This document shows positions 10,698 through 20,015 of a DNA stretch of 64,000 bases, piece by piece. A model generated the notes under the pieces. The model saw nothing but the letters and a program-made list of their open reading frames with translations, was not told the origin of the DNA and did no database searches. Source of the DNA: an uncultured Verrucomicrobiae bacterium (GTDB taxonomy: Bacteria; Verrucomicrobiota; Verrucomicrobiia; Chthoniobacterales; JAFAMB01); the NCBI GenBank assembly GCA_963762565.1, contig CAVXLD010000010.1, forward strand, positions 256,001-320,000. Direction: 5' to 3'. The position numbers and the translations under genes were made by a program. Numbering within the stretch: position 1 is the first letter of the stretch; the number at the start of each line of letters is the position of its first letter.

Positions 10698-11732
10698 CTA
10701 GAGCGTGACGAGCTTGCCGTCATCGTTTCGGTCCACATTCGAGGTCGGTTCCACCAACCCCATTTCGAACTTCATCCCTAAGCTAAGCCCAAGCTGTTGT
10801 AACTTTTCTTTGATCTCGTTGAGAGATTTTTTTCCGAAATTCCGGTACTTCAGCATTTCGGCTTCCGTCTTCATCGCCAGTTGGCCGACGGTCGTGATAT
10901 TGGCATTGTTCAAGCAGTTGGCAGCTCGAACCGAGAGTTCGATCTCGTTAACGCTCATATTGAGCAGCTTCTTCAGCCGGGTATTTTCCTGACTGGTCTC
11001 TTCCGTGGTCTGGTCGAATTCGACCTGGCTATCATCGTAGTTTACGAACACGTCGAGGTGATGCCGCAGAATCGCCGAAGCCTGGAGCAACGCATCGTCC
11101 GGCGTAATCCGGCCATCGGTCCAAACCTCCAATAGGAGTTTGTCGTAGTCGGTTCGCTGCCCGACTCGGGTATTCTCGACCGCATACTTAACTCGGGTAA
11201 CCGGCGAGAAAATCGAATCGATCGGGATCACCCCAATCGGTGTATCCGGGCGTTTGTTTTCGTCTCCAGTAAAGAACCCGCGTCCGACTTTGACGTCGAA
11301 CTCCGCTTCAAATTTTTGCTTCTTGTCCAGCGTACAGATGAGTTGATCCGTGTTAAGGACTTCAATCCCGGTCACGGTCTGAATCTCGCCGGCCGTAATT
11401 GGTCCTTCCTTATTAACGGTCAGGCTGACGGTTCTAGGTTCGTGATCGACTGCCTTGAATTTCACTTTCTTGAGGTTGAGCACGATATCGGTCAGGTCCT
11501 CAACGACGCCCGGGAGCGAAGCGAACTCGTGTTCTGCTCCAAAAATGCGAATGCTGGTGATGGCTGCTCCTTCTAGCGAGGAAAGCAGAACTCGGCGAAG
11601 GGAGTTACCGACGGTGTGACCATATCCGGCCTCAAAAGGCTCGGCGATGAATTTTGCGTAAGTTTCGGTTGCTGTCGCCTCATCCTTAGTGAGGCTTTTG
11701 GGCATCTCGAAACGTCCAAGACGAACTGGCAT
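10698..11732 (-). CDS. rpoA: RNA polymerase alpha subunit
   Basis: EPFEAGYGHTVGNSLRRVLLSS, ELSVRAANCL, NFGKKSLNEI. Confidence 0.99.
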   Translation of the reverse strand: MPVRLGRFEMPKSLTKDEATATETYAKFIAEPFEAGYGHTVGNSLRRVLLSSLEGAAITSIRIFGAEHEFASLPGVVEDLTDIVLNLKKVKFKAVDHEPRTVSLTVNKEGPITAGEIQTVTGIEVLNTDQLICTLDKKQKFEAEFDVKVGRGFFTGDENKRPDTPIGVIPIDSIFSPVTRVKYAVENTRVGQRTDYDKLLLEVWTDGRITPDDALLQASAILRHHLDVFVNYDDSQVEFDQTTEETSQENTRLKKLLNMSVNEIELSVRAANCLNNANITTVGQLAMKTEAEMLKYRNFGKKSLNEIKEKLQQLGLSLGMKFEMGLVEPTSNVDRNDDGKLVTL

Positions 11733-11863
11733 AATCTTCTATTTCTTTTTAACCGGGTTACCCCTGACGCGTGCGGCTCCCAACGCTGCTGCTGGAGGCC
11801 CAGGGACCTACGGTCATTTAGTTGCTCGCGCGGAGCCGGGAACGAACACTAACCGCTCAGTTT

Positions 11864-11869
11864 TGTCAA
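11864..11869 (-). promoter_or_regulatory. Candidate -35 element (TTGACA) for rpoA-rplQ
   Basis: Perfect TTGACA about 130 bp upstream of the rpoA start; the -10 match is poor. Confidence 0.4.
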
Positions 11870-11883
11870 ATGGCGGGAAAACC

Positions 11884-12106
11884 AACCGCAGATGGACGCG
11901 GATAAGAGGTATTATCCGCAGATTACGCAGATTTCGCAGATTTCGATTCGGGGCTCTATGCTACCCAGGGTTACAGAAAACGCGACCGAGCCAGAAAGAT
12001 GTTTTCATCTGACGGATGTGCCCGGCACAAAACCGAAATCTGCGTAATCTGCGTAATCTGCGGATATTAACCTCTTATCTGCGTTAATCTGTGTCCATCT
12101 GCGGTT
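11884..12106. repeat. Family E palindrome (CCGCAGATTACGCAGATT ... AATCTGCGTAATCTGCGG)
   Basis: Long inverted arms built from 9-mer CGCAGATTA-like units; a homolog lies at 50146-50276. Confidence 0.88.
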
Positions 12107-12186
12107 AAGGAGTTTGATTTCGTTTGCGTTCCCACGCGTCACGGCGTTGACGGCGCTACCGGTTGTGATTGGTTGCTGTCACTCCG

Positions 12187-13395
12187 ATGGCCCTCCACGA
12201 AGTTTTTGTTTATGACGCCCTGCGTACCCCCCGGACACGGGGGAAGCCGACCGGCGGGTTACATATCCTGACGCCGGTCGCTCTGGTTACCACTCTCCTT
12301 ACCGAACTGCGTAAGCGATACGCTGGCATCGAGTCGAAAGTGGACGAAGTGATCCTAGGTTGTTGCGAACAATTCAACGACCAGGGCGGGAACCTGGCGA
12401 GATCTGCGGCGCTGGCAGCTGGGTTCCCGAATCATGTGCCAGGTCTAATGGTCTCCCGCTTCTGCGGATCCGGCCTGGACGCAGTCAATACTGGTGCGGC
12501 CAAGGTGATGGCCGGCCAAGCCGATCTCCTCGTGGTCGGCGGAGTCGAAATGTTGTCGCTTTTTGCGATTTTCGGCTCCGGCGGTCCCATGGTGTCAGAC
12601 CCAGAATTCGAAGACCAGGTGCCACCAGTACCACAGGGAATTGCGGCAGATTTGATCGCAACGCTCCAAGGGTACAGCCGGCGAGATGTCGATAGTTTCG
12701 CCGCCGCCTCTCAACAACGAGCGGATGCCGCCTGGAGAAACGGTTGGTTTTCCAATTCAATTGTTCCTGTCGAAACCGCCGAAGGAACCGTGAAACTCGA
12801 CGAATTGGTCCGAGAAAACGTAACCACCGAAAGTCTGAGCAAGCTCACACCTGCTTTCGCCAAGCTAGGGGCCGAAGGTTACGAGGACCTGGTTCGCCTG
12901 CGTTACCCACAGGTCAGCCGGGTCAATTACGTACATCATGCCGGCAACTCTTCCGGTATCGCGGATGGCGCCGGGGTTGTTCTGCTCGGGAACCGCGAAA
13001 TTGGGCAGGCCTTTAACCTGCAGCCGCGGGCTCGCATCCTAGCAACGGCCAGCGCTGGCGATGAGCCTTGTATCATGCTCACCGCCCCGGCCGAAGCAAC
13101 CCGGCGGGCGCTGCGCCGGCTAGACTTTGAGTTTTCGGATATCGATTTGTACGAGGTAAACGAGGCATTTGCCTCCGTAGTTCTTTACTTCATGGAAAAA
13201 ACGAAGGTAACTCATGAAAAAGTGAACGTGGCCGGAGGCTCTATCGCCATGGGACATCCGGTGGGCGCTACGGGAGCAATGTTGGTTGGAACACTGGTTG
13301 ATGAGTTGCAGCGGCGACAACTCCAGCGAGGCGCCGTAACGATGTGCACGGGACTCGGGATGGGAGTCGCTACCATATTGGAATCGTGTCTATGA
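12187..13395 (+). CDS. Acetyl-CoA C-acyltransferase (thiolase)
   Basis: RFCGSG (Cys), NEAF, GHPVGATG, C-terminal CTGLG. Confidence 0.93.
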   Translation: MALHEVFVYDALRTPRTRGKPTGGLHILTPVALVTTLLTELRKRYAGIESKVDEVILGCCEQFNDQGGNLARSAALAAGFPNHVPGLMVSRFCGSGLDAVNTGAAKVMAGQADLLVVGGVEMLSLFAIFGSGGPMVSDPEFEDQVPPVPQGIAADLIATLQGYSRRDVDSFAAASQQRADAAWRNGWFSNSIVPVETAEGTVKLDELVRENVTTESLSKLTPAFAKLGAEGYEDLVRLRYPQVSRVNYVHHAGNSSGIADGAGVVLLGNREIGQAFNLQPRARILATASAGDEPCIMLTAPAEATRRALRRLDFEFSDIDLYEVNEAFASVVLYFMEKTKVTHEKVNVAGGSIAMGHPVGATGAMLVGTLVDELQRRQLQRGAVTMCTGLGMGVATILESCL

Positions 13396-15320
13396 TCGAG
13401 GTTATTCCGTTCCCCGCCCGCCTCTCCCCCTCCCTCGTTGCTGACCTCAAGCGGGCGGCAGAAGACCCGAAGGTCGAAGGGATCATCCTCGAATTTTCCG
13501 ACGCTAATGTGACTACTGAGGACGAGCTCCGTCTTTTGTTACGGGGCGATGATGTCATCCACCCGCTACGAGACACACTCCGATTGCTAGAGACGCAACC
13601 GAAGCCCTTGGTCGCTCTCATCCACCAGTCTTTGAGCGGTCTGGCCTTCGAGGTTTGTTTGGCGTGTCACACTCGCATAGTTTCAAATCCTGACGTCGCG
13701 TTTCACTGGGGGTGGTTCGATCTCGGCATATTGCCTGCCCTGGGGACTGGGCGCCGGCTTTCTCATATCGCCGGCCTTGAGAAGACGGTTCAGGTTTTGC
13801 TTTTCGGAGCGCGGCTTTCCCCGGCAGAGACCGCTGCTGAAAATGCCAAAGGCAACGATCGAGAAACCGCTGAAAATTGGATCAAAGAGCATCCGAAGCC
13901 GGTCCAGTCATGGGACGCGACCGATATCACCCGTTCGCCGCTCTCCAGTCAGGCCCTCGTCAATCGTGAGATCCTACAACACGCTTATATCCAGTTAAGG
14001 AAGCGAACCCCTGCCGGCGACGGGGCCGGGAGCTTATTGCTCCAAGCATTGCATGACGGTTTAGAACGCTCGTTCACTGGCGCGCTCCGGATAGAAAAGG
14101 CTGCGTTCCACAACGCGCGCGACCTGATGTCAACCAAGAATCGGATCTGGGTCCAAGAGCTAAGGCAGCGAGCGATCCGGCGTGCGGCCGATCAGACTGA
14201 TGCGGTCGAAGTGATCGGCGTGTTAGGCGCTGGTCTCATGGGGACTGGTATCGCGCTCAGCGCGCTGATGGCGGGACGCCAGGTGGTTTTATTCGAGATC
14301 GACGCCGAGGCAGCTAAGCGATCCGCTGCCAGAATCGAGAAAATATTAGGCCGGCAGCCTGCCGGTCAGCTCGCTGGGCTTCGTCTCACCCAGCAACTAG
14401 ACGATCTGTCCCACTGCGATTTCGTTATCGAAGCAGTATTTGAACGGTTTGACGTGAAAACCAATCTCCTCAAAAGGCTCGCTTCAGTCCTGTCGAGACC
14501 CACGGTCATCGCCTCCAACACTACCACTTTTCCGATTGCCGACTTAGCGACTGCGGTTCCGGATCCGGGCCGATTTATCGGCACTCATTTTTTCGCTCCG
14601 GTTGAGCAGATGGAGCTCTTGGAAATCATTCTTGGCCGCGAGACAACCGAAGAAACATTAAACAAAGCGTTGGCGTTAGCTAAAGCGCTCGGGAAAACGC
14701 CGGCAGTGGTTAAAGACGGCCCCGGCTTCTACACCAGCCGGGTGGTCATGGCTTACGTCCAAGAGGCGTTGTTCATGCTGGAAGAGGGCGCGAACCCAAC
14801 CTTAGTCGACCAGTGCGCTCGGAACGCCGGGATGGTGATCGGTCCTTTGGCCATGGCTGATCTTACCTCGCTGGAGTTGCTGGCTGACATTTTCCGAAAT
14901 CTACTAAAGCACGGGCGCGGTGCGGCGGCTGAGTCCGGGCGCACCCTTGAGATTCTTTCCCGGTTCCTTTCAACCGACCGCAAGGGCCGAAGATCCGGCT
15001 CGGGCATCTACGATTACCCTTCTCCATCTGGACGGCAGGAATGGCTGGGTCTGATCGACTGGTTCCCTCGTTCGGCCTTATCCGATGTCGAGATCACCGA
15101 CCGGCTTTTCTACATCCAAACCGTGGAAACGATGCGGACGTTGAAGGAAGGCATTATCGCCGAGGCCGAGACCGCCGATCTGGCGTCGGTATTGGGATGG
15201 CGATACCCGGTCTTCCGAGGCGGGACGATGCGATATCTGGAGAATGCAGGAAAAGATCGATTCGAAGCGACCCGGCATGGTTTGGAAAAAAAATTCGGTC
15301 TAAGGTTTGCATTGCCGTAG
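13392..15320 (+). CDS. FadB/FadJ-like 3-hydroxyacyl-CoA dehydrogenase with a degenerate crotonase domain
   Basis: GAGLMG, IEAVFE, SNT, HFFAPV..LLEI. Overlaps the thiolase stop as ATGA. Confidence 0.88.
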   Translation: MIEVIPFPARLSPSLVADLKRAAEDPKVEGIILEFSDANVTTEDELRLLLRGDDVIHPLRDTLRLLETQPKPLVALIHQSLSGLAFEVCLACHTRIVSNPDVAFHWGWFDLGILPALGTGRRLSHIAGLEKTVQVLLFGARLSPAETAAENAKGNDRETAENWIKEHPKPVQSWDATDITRSPLSSQALVNREILQHAYIQLRKRTPAGDGAGSLLLQALHDGLERSFTGALRIEKAAFHNARDLMSTKNRIWVQELRQRAIRRAADQTDAVEVIGVLGAGLMGTGIALSALMAGRQVVLFEIDAEAAKRSAARIEKILGRQPAGQLAGLRLTQQLDDLSHCDFVIEAVFERFDVKTNLLKRLASVLSRPTVIASNTTTFPIADLATAVPDPGRFIGTHFFAPVEQMELLEIILGRETTEETLNKALALAKALGKTPAVVKDGPGFYTSRVVMAYVQEALFMLEEGANPTLVDQCARNAGMVIGPLAMADLTSLELLADIFRNLLKHGRGAAAESGRTLEILSRFLSTDRKGRRSGSGIYDYPSPSGRQEWLGLIDWFPRSALSDVEITDRLFYIQTVETMRTLKEGIIAEAETADLASVLGWRYPVFRGGTMRYLENAGKDRFEATRHGLEKKFGLRFALP

Positions 15321-15371
15321 GGGTGACGAACTTGCCGCGAAGCGGTTAAAGCAAGGGCCGGGCGCAAAACC

Positions 15372-15493
15372 GGGAGGGCGCGCGTCCCCGCGCGCCGCCA
15401 GGACCTGCCACCGCTCAACGAATATTTCGGGTCCGCGATCACAACGGGTCCTCGACTTCGGTAACAACGGATCGCGAGGACGCGATCCCTCCC
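15372..15493. repeat. Family C REPIN-like element (122 bp)
   Basis: GGGAGGGCGCGCGTCCCCGCGCG ... GGATCGCGAGGACGCGATCCCTCCC. Confidence 0.88.
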
Positions 15494-15680
15494 TGGCGAT
15501 GGACGCACCCACGATCCAAGAACGGCCTCGGGCCAAAAAGGCGCGGGCACACACCCGAATCGGCCTCCAAATCACTGACAAAAAATCGCCAAAACAGCGC
15601 TTTTCCCCTCGGGGCGTTACTCCAAGTTACAGATTTTCGTCGAGAATCCGGGAGCGGATAGATATATTGATGGCCAGATA

Positions 15681-16874
15681 ATGATTCAAAGAGATTACCT
15701 GATCGTTGGAGGCGGGATCGGGGCGGCCAGTGCTTGCAACGCGTTGCGTCAATATGACCCAAAGGGTGCGGTAACCTTAGTTAGTAACGAGGCTTTTCTA
15801 CCCTACAATCGTCCTGAACTCTCCAAATCTGTCCTGAAGAACGGTAGCCCGTCGGTCGAGAGACTCGCCGACCATTCCGAGGATTGGTACCGAAAACGGA
15901 ATATTGAGCTGCGGCTGGGCACCATCGTCCGCGAATTCAATATTGAGCGGCGTCTGGCAGTGATGGAAAACGGACAGGCGATCGAATTTCGAAAAGCGTG
16001 TTTAGCCACTGGGAGCCGGCCCCGGAGGCCCCAGGTCGCCGGCGCTACGCTAGGCAACGTCGTATACCTACGGACCTATCGCGATGTGCTGGCCGTTCGC
16101 GAGATTCTCGCCTCGGAAAAACATGTTGTTGTTGTCGGCTCAGGCTATCTGGGAGCCGAGGTGACTTCGTCGCTCATCGGCTCCGGGGCGAAACTGACGC
16201 TCCTTAGTCGCGACAAATCTGTCTGGCAGGATCTGCTGGATCCGGAGACTTCACGCTGGTTGACCGATCTTTTTGCAGAAGACGGTGTTCAATTGATGCT
16301 GAACGAAAACCTGAACGGTTTCGAAGGTAAGACCGTCGTCCGGAACATCCAGACTAAGAGCGGTATTCGTTTTCCAGCTGGACTGGCAATAGTCGTGATC
16401 GGCACGGAGCCGAATCTACAGTTGGTCTTAAATACCCCGCTCAGCAGCCCAGGCGGGTGCCCTGTTAACGAATACCTCGAGAGCGACGAAAAAGGCATTT
16501 ATGCCGTCGGCGACATCGCCCTTTATCCAGACCGTATTTTTGGAGGCGCCAGACGGGAGACCAGCTGCGAAATGGCAAAGCTTCAAGGAGCCACAGCGGG
16601 TGCGAACATGACGGGTCGAAAACGCCAAAAGTTCGACGTTATCCCGGTCTCCTCTGCCGTTGTGCTAGGTATGCATTTCGATCTGGTCGGCGACTTTGCC
16701 ATAGCTCATCTCGACGGAGAGATCGAAGGTTCACGCGAGAAGAAGAATTTTATTGCCCGTTACCACCGAGGCGAAAGTTTGGTGGCAGCTGTGTTGTGCA
16801 ATCGAAAACCGGAAGAGGTGAGCAAACTCCAGGAAGAAATCCGGGTCAGTATGCAGTCCAGGCTCAAGAAGTAA
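15681..16874 (+). CDS. FAD/NAD(P)-dependent oxidoreductase (ferredoxin reductase/AIF-like)
   Basis: GGGIG, PYNRPELSK, ATGS, GSGYLGAE, IYAVGDIA. Confidence 0.88.
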   Translation: MIQRDYLIVGGGIGAASACNALRQYDPKGAVTLVSNEAFLPYNRPELSKSVLKNGSPSVERLADHSEDWYRKRNIELRLGTIVREFNIERRLAVMENGQAIEFRKACLATGSRPRRPQVAGATLGNVVYLRTYRDVLAVREILASEKHVVVVGSGYLGAEVTSSLIGSGAKLTLLSRDKSVWQDLLDPETSRWLTDLFAEDGVQLMLNENLNGFEGKTVVRNIQTKSGIRFPAGLAIVVIGTEPNLQLVLNTPLSSPGGCPVNEYLESDEKGIYAVGDIALYPDRIFGGARRETSCEMAKLQGATAGANMTGRKRQKFDVIPVSSAVVLGMHFDLVGDFAIAHLDGEIEGSREKKNFIARYHRGESLVAAVLCNRKPEEVSKLQEEIRVSMQSRLKK

Positions 16875-17205
16875 CGCCGTCAGCGCCGGGAACGTCGACA
16901 ACGCCGGGAAAGGGAACCTGGTGGGGCGAGGCTCCCGAAAGACCTACAGGGATAATCGGAGGCAATAAGATGACTCGACGCCGCAAAGCGATAATAGGCC
17001 GGAAATCCCGCCGAGCCGTTGTCGCCTGATGTGCCACCTTTTAGGCCTGGCCACACCATAGACCTGCGGCTCGGCGGCGCAGCCACCTTGTGCGCGTCGG
17101 GCTGAAATAAATCAGCAGGCTTTGTGAAAACACGGTCGTAGTTCGGGAGCCTCGCCCCACCAATGTTTGCCGGCCCTACCGGCGCTATTGGCATTGACGG
17201 CGTTA
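16872..17205. repeat. Composite palindrome with a family A core (16920-17161)
   Basis: Outer TAACGCCGTCA / TGACGGCGTTA; inner GGTGGGGCGAGGCTCCCGAA / TTCGGGAGCCTCGCCCCACC. Confidence 0.88.
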
Positions 17206-18102
17206 AAAGACCAGGGGCACGCCTTCGTCCATGATCTTCACGGAGTGCTCCAATTTGTGACGGGAGATTTCCTCCTTGAGTCTTTGGACGGGCTCTTCCA
17301 CCGGTTCGTAGCTGAGCCTGAATGAACCGTAGTGCATCGGTATCATGTACTTCGCTTTGAGTTCCTTGAAGGCGCGAACCGCCTGTTCCGGATTCATGTG
17401 AACTTCGCGTTTCGTGGGCGGCTCATACGCGCCGATCGGTAAGAGCGCTATCTCGGTCGGCAAGTTCTCGCCGATTTGGCTGAACCCGTCGAAATAGGCG
17501 CTATCGCCGCAATGAAAAATTGAGCGTGATCCGAGGCGGACATGAAAACCTCCAAACCCTCGATACCGATCGTGGAGAACTCTTGCTCCCCAATGAAGGC
17601 AAGGAGTGAGTGTGACGTGGATATCGCCGACCGAAAGTGATTCCCAGGGTTGCATCTCGTGTACTCGGTTAAACCCGAGACCTTCTACGAGCGTGCCGAC
17701 ACCCTCAGGTACAATAATTGGCTGCGCCGCGGCGACTCTGCGCAAGGTTCTCCGATCCAAATGATCGAAATGGGCATGAGTTACCAGGACCAGATCGATA
17801 TCTGGAAGATGGTCTAACCGAATCCCTGGATGCCGGAGCCGTTTGATCACCTTCAACCAAAGAGACCAGATTGGATCGATCAAAATATTCAGACCACGCC
17901 AGCTGATTAAAAACGAGGCATGGCCGATCCAGGTCAGACAAACTTGGTCGGCCGATAAGATTGGGAACAGGGGGCGCAAGGCTCTACCGCGACGGCGGAC
18001 AAACAACGACGGCAGATAAATCTCGGTAATGAAATTTCTACGCAACCAACCTTTACCGGGTCGAAGACTGACCGGCCGGCCTATTAATCTCTTTGAGACC
18101 AT
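17203..18102 (-). CDS. MBL-fold metallo-hydrolase (NAPE-PLD/RomA-like)
   Basis: TWIGHAS, THAHFDHLD, GDSAY, LLPIGAYEP, IPMHYG. Confidence 0.9.
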   Translation of the reverse strand: MVSKRLIGRPVSLRPGKGWLRRNFITEIYLPSLFVRRRGRALRPLFPILSADQVCLTWIGHASFLISWRGLNILIDPIWSLWLKVIKRLRHPGIRLDHLPDIDLVLVTHAHFDHLDRRTLRRVAAAQPIIVPEGVGTLVEGLGFNRVHEMQPWESLSVGDIHVTLTPCLHWGARVLHDRYRGFGGFHVRLGSRSIFHCGDSAYFDGFSQIGENLPTEIALLPIGAYEPPTKREVHMNPEQAVRAFKELKAKYMIPMHYGSFRLSYEPVEEPVQRLKEEISRHKLEHSVKIMDEGVPLVF

Positions 18103-18131
18103 GCGTCTTGCGGTGCTGGCGCTTCCGTCCC

Positions 18132-18445
18132 GGGAGGGCGCGCTGCCTGTCCGACGTAGCCCGTGCTCCCGCGTTTGTTCCTCGTTTGGCCCAGCGAAGT
18201 CGGATCCTCGCGCGCCGCGAAAACGGTCCCGGCCTTGAAATATAGTTTATTCGCTCGATATGAAAAAACCTTGGACTCCGCGAACCATGGATCGCGAGGA
18301 CGCGATCCCTCCCGGTCTTTGGGTAGCTCATCAGCGTCCCCGCGTGCCGCTAAAACCGGTCCCCGCCTTGAAATATAATTTATTCGCTCGATATGAGAAA
18401 ACCTCGAACTCTGCGAACCACGGATCGCGAGGACGCGATCCCTCC
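18132..18445. repeat. Family C element carrying a family I insertion (18144-18204), plus a tandem partial duplicate
   Basis: Near-identical ~110 bp units at 18205-18313 and 18337-18445. Confidence 0.88.
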
Positions 18446-18459
18446 CCGTCCGGGGTTCA

Positions 18460-18849
18460 TTAGCCATCGTTTCGCGGGACGCGAAGTTCAAAACGGGGAA
18501 TCCGAGCAACAAAAGGTTCACCACCCTCACCTATACCCAAAAAAGCGCCTTCGGCGACGCTATCCTCTGCAATAACATGATAACTGTTGTAGCTGAATTT
18601 TTCTCCTGGCTGGAGCCGGGGAAACTCACCTACAACGCCATCCCCTTCAACGACCAGCTTGCCACCATGAGAATCGGTTACAACCCATTTTCGTCCACGG
18701 ATCGTCACGTTTTCGGGCGAATCATTACGAATTGTAATAAAGTACACAAAAGGATACGGACGATCCGGGGGAGCTTCCAATGTCGGCACATAGACGACTT
18801 TATCAATCGTGACCCTTACCTCGGACAGTTCGCGGAACGCGTTGCTCAT
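18460..18849 (-). CDS. apaG: ApaG domain protein
   Basis: FVYFITIRN..RKWVVTD.HG..VEGDGVVGEFPRLQPGEKFSYNS. Confidence 0.9.
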   Translation of the reverse strand: MSNAFRELSEVRVTIDKVVYVPTLEAPPDRPYPFVYFITIRNDSPENVTIRGRKWVVTDSHGGKLVVEGDGVVGEFPRLQPGEKFSYNSYHVIAEDSVAEGAFLGIGEGGEPFVARIPRFELRVPRNDG

Positions 18850-18883
18850 GGTTAATTTACCAGCCCGTTAAGAGAGTTATTTC

Positions 18884-19684
18884 ATGGAGCCACCGCCTGT
18901 AGTCGTTACCATCGCCGGATCGGATAGCTCAGCCGGAGCCGGAATCCAGGCTGATCTAAAGACATTTACTTATTTCCGCGTATTTGGCCAGAGCGTCGTA
19001 ACCTGCATTGTAGCGGAGGTTCCGGGAAGGGTACAAAGGATCGAACCAGTCAGCGCTGAAGCCGTGCAGGACCAGCTCAGGCTAAGCCTGGAATATTTCC
19101 CGGTGAGCGCGATCAAGACCGGGATGCTGTACTCAAAGGAAATCATCAGCGCCGTGTGCGAGACCCTGGAGGAAATTCCCTCTAAAGTAAGACCGGCATT
19201 GGTAGTCGACCCCGTTATGGTAGCGTCCTCGGGCGATTCACTATTGCAGAAGGATGCTTTGGAGATCTATCGGAACCGTCTATTTCCTTTGGCCACGGTT
19301 GTTACTCCTAACCGTGACGAGACTGCGATTATTCACGGACGTACCGTTGAGACGGTAACGGAATTAGAAGCAATCGGCCCAGAATTGGTTCAACGCTACG
19401 GAACCGCATTCCTGCTGAAAGGAGGTCACTGGCCAGGTGATTTAGCGATCGACTATCTTGCGACGCAAGCTGGTATCACGCGCTTAGCCGAACCATTTGT
19501 CGCCGCCAAATCCACACACGGAACTGGCTGCACCTTATCAGCTGCGCTCGCAGCCGGTCTGGCTCTGGGTGACACTTTGCCGGCCGCAGCTCGCCGGGCG
19601 AAAACGTTCGTCACGCGGGCCATTGCCGAATCAATGACCTGGTCCGGCCAGCATGGTCAGGTTATGGCGCTCAAGCATTGGTGA
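18884..19684 (+). CDS. thiD: Hydroxymethylpyrimidine/phosphomethylpyrimidine kinase
   Basis: TIAGSDSSAGAGIQADLKT, KTGML, VDPVM, HGTGCTLSAA. Confidence 0.95.
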   Translation: MEPPPVVVTIAGSDSSAGAGIQADLKTFTYFRVFGQSVVTCIVAEVPGRVQRIEPVSAEAVQDQLRLSLEYFPVSAIKTGMLYSKEIISAVCETLEEIPSKVRPALVVDPVMVASSGDSLLQKDALEIYRNRLFPLATVVTPNRDETAIIHGRTVETVTELEAIGPELVQRYGTAFLLKGGHWPGDLAIDYLATQAGITRLAEPFVAAKSTHGTGCTLSAALAAGLALGDTLPAAARRAKTFVTRAIAESMTWSGQHGQVMALKHW

Positions 19685-19688
19685 GGAC

Positions 19689-19918
19689 GTGGAGCGCTGC
19701 CTCGCTTGCGAGGCCGTAAGGGGTCGCCACCCGTGGAGCGCTGCCTCGCTTGCGAGGCCGTGGTGAACAAGGATGATATGGTGCGCTAGGCGTATCGTCG
19801 GCTGCGCTCTGCAACGTGAAGAGGCACAAGTCCCAAGACAGAGCGATGACCGAAAAAGGTTTGCATCAATAAGTCGCTTTGTTCACCACGGCCTCGCAAG
19901 CGAGGCAGCGCTCCACGG
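19689..19918. repeat. Family B element with a duplicated left arm
   Basis: GTGGAGCGCTGCCTCGCTTGCGAGGCC twice, then the inverted GGCCTCGCAAGCGAGGCAGCGCTCCAC. Confidence 0.9.
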
Positions 19919-20015
19919 TCTCCGACCGCCACAAATCACAAAGTACTTCTCATTTGCCCGCCAATTCTTCCCACCTTGTTTTGTCGCCCGGCCCTCATAT
20001 ACTGCAAACACCCCC

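Noticed and set aside
18132..18445. Possible CRISPR array
   Set aside because: There are only two units, the intervening sequences are homologous rather than unique spacers, and no cas genes are present.
19773..20015. N-terminal extension of the ABC binding protein and other short ORFs over repeats (for example 16880-17194, 36479-36862, 42665-42889, 55761-55982)
   Set aside because: They are translations of palindromic repeats. Similar peptides (LASEAAL, GGARLP, GRDRVLAIR) recur at unrelated loci.
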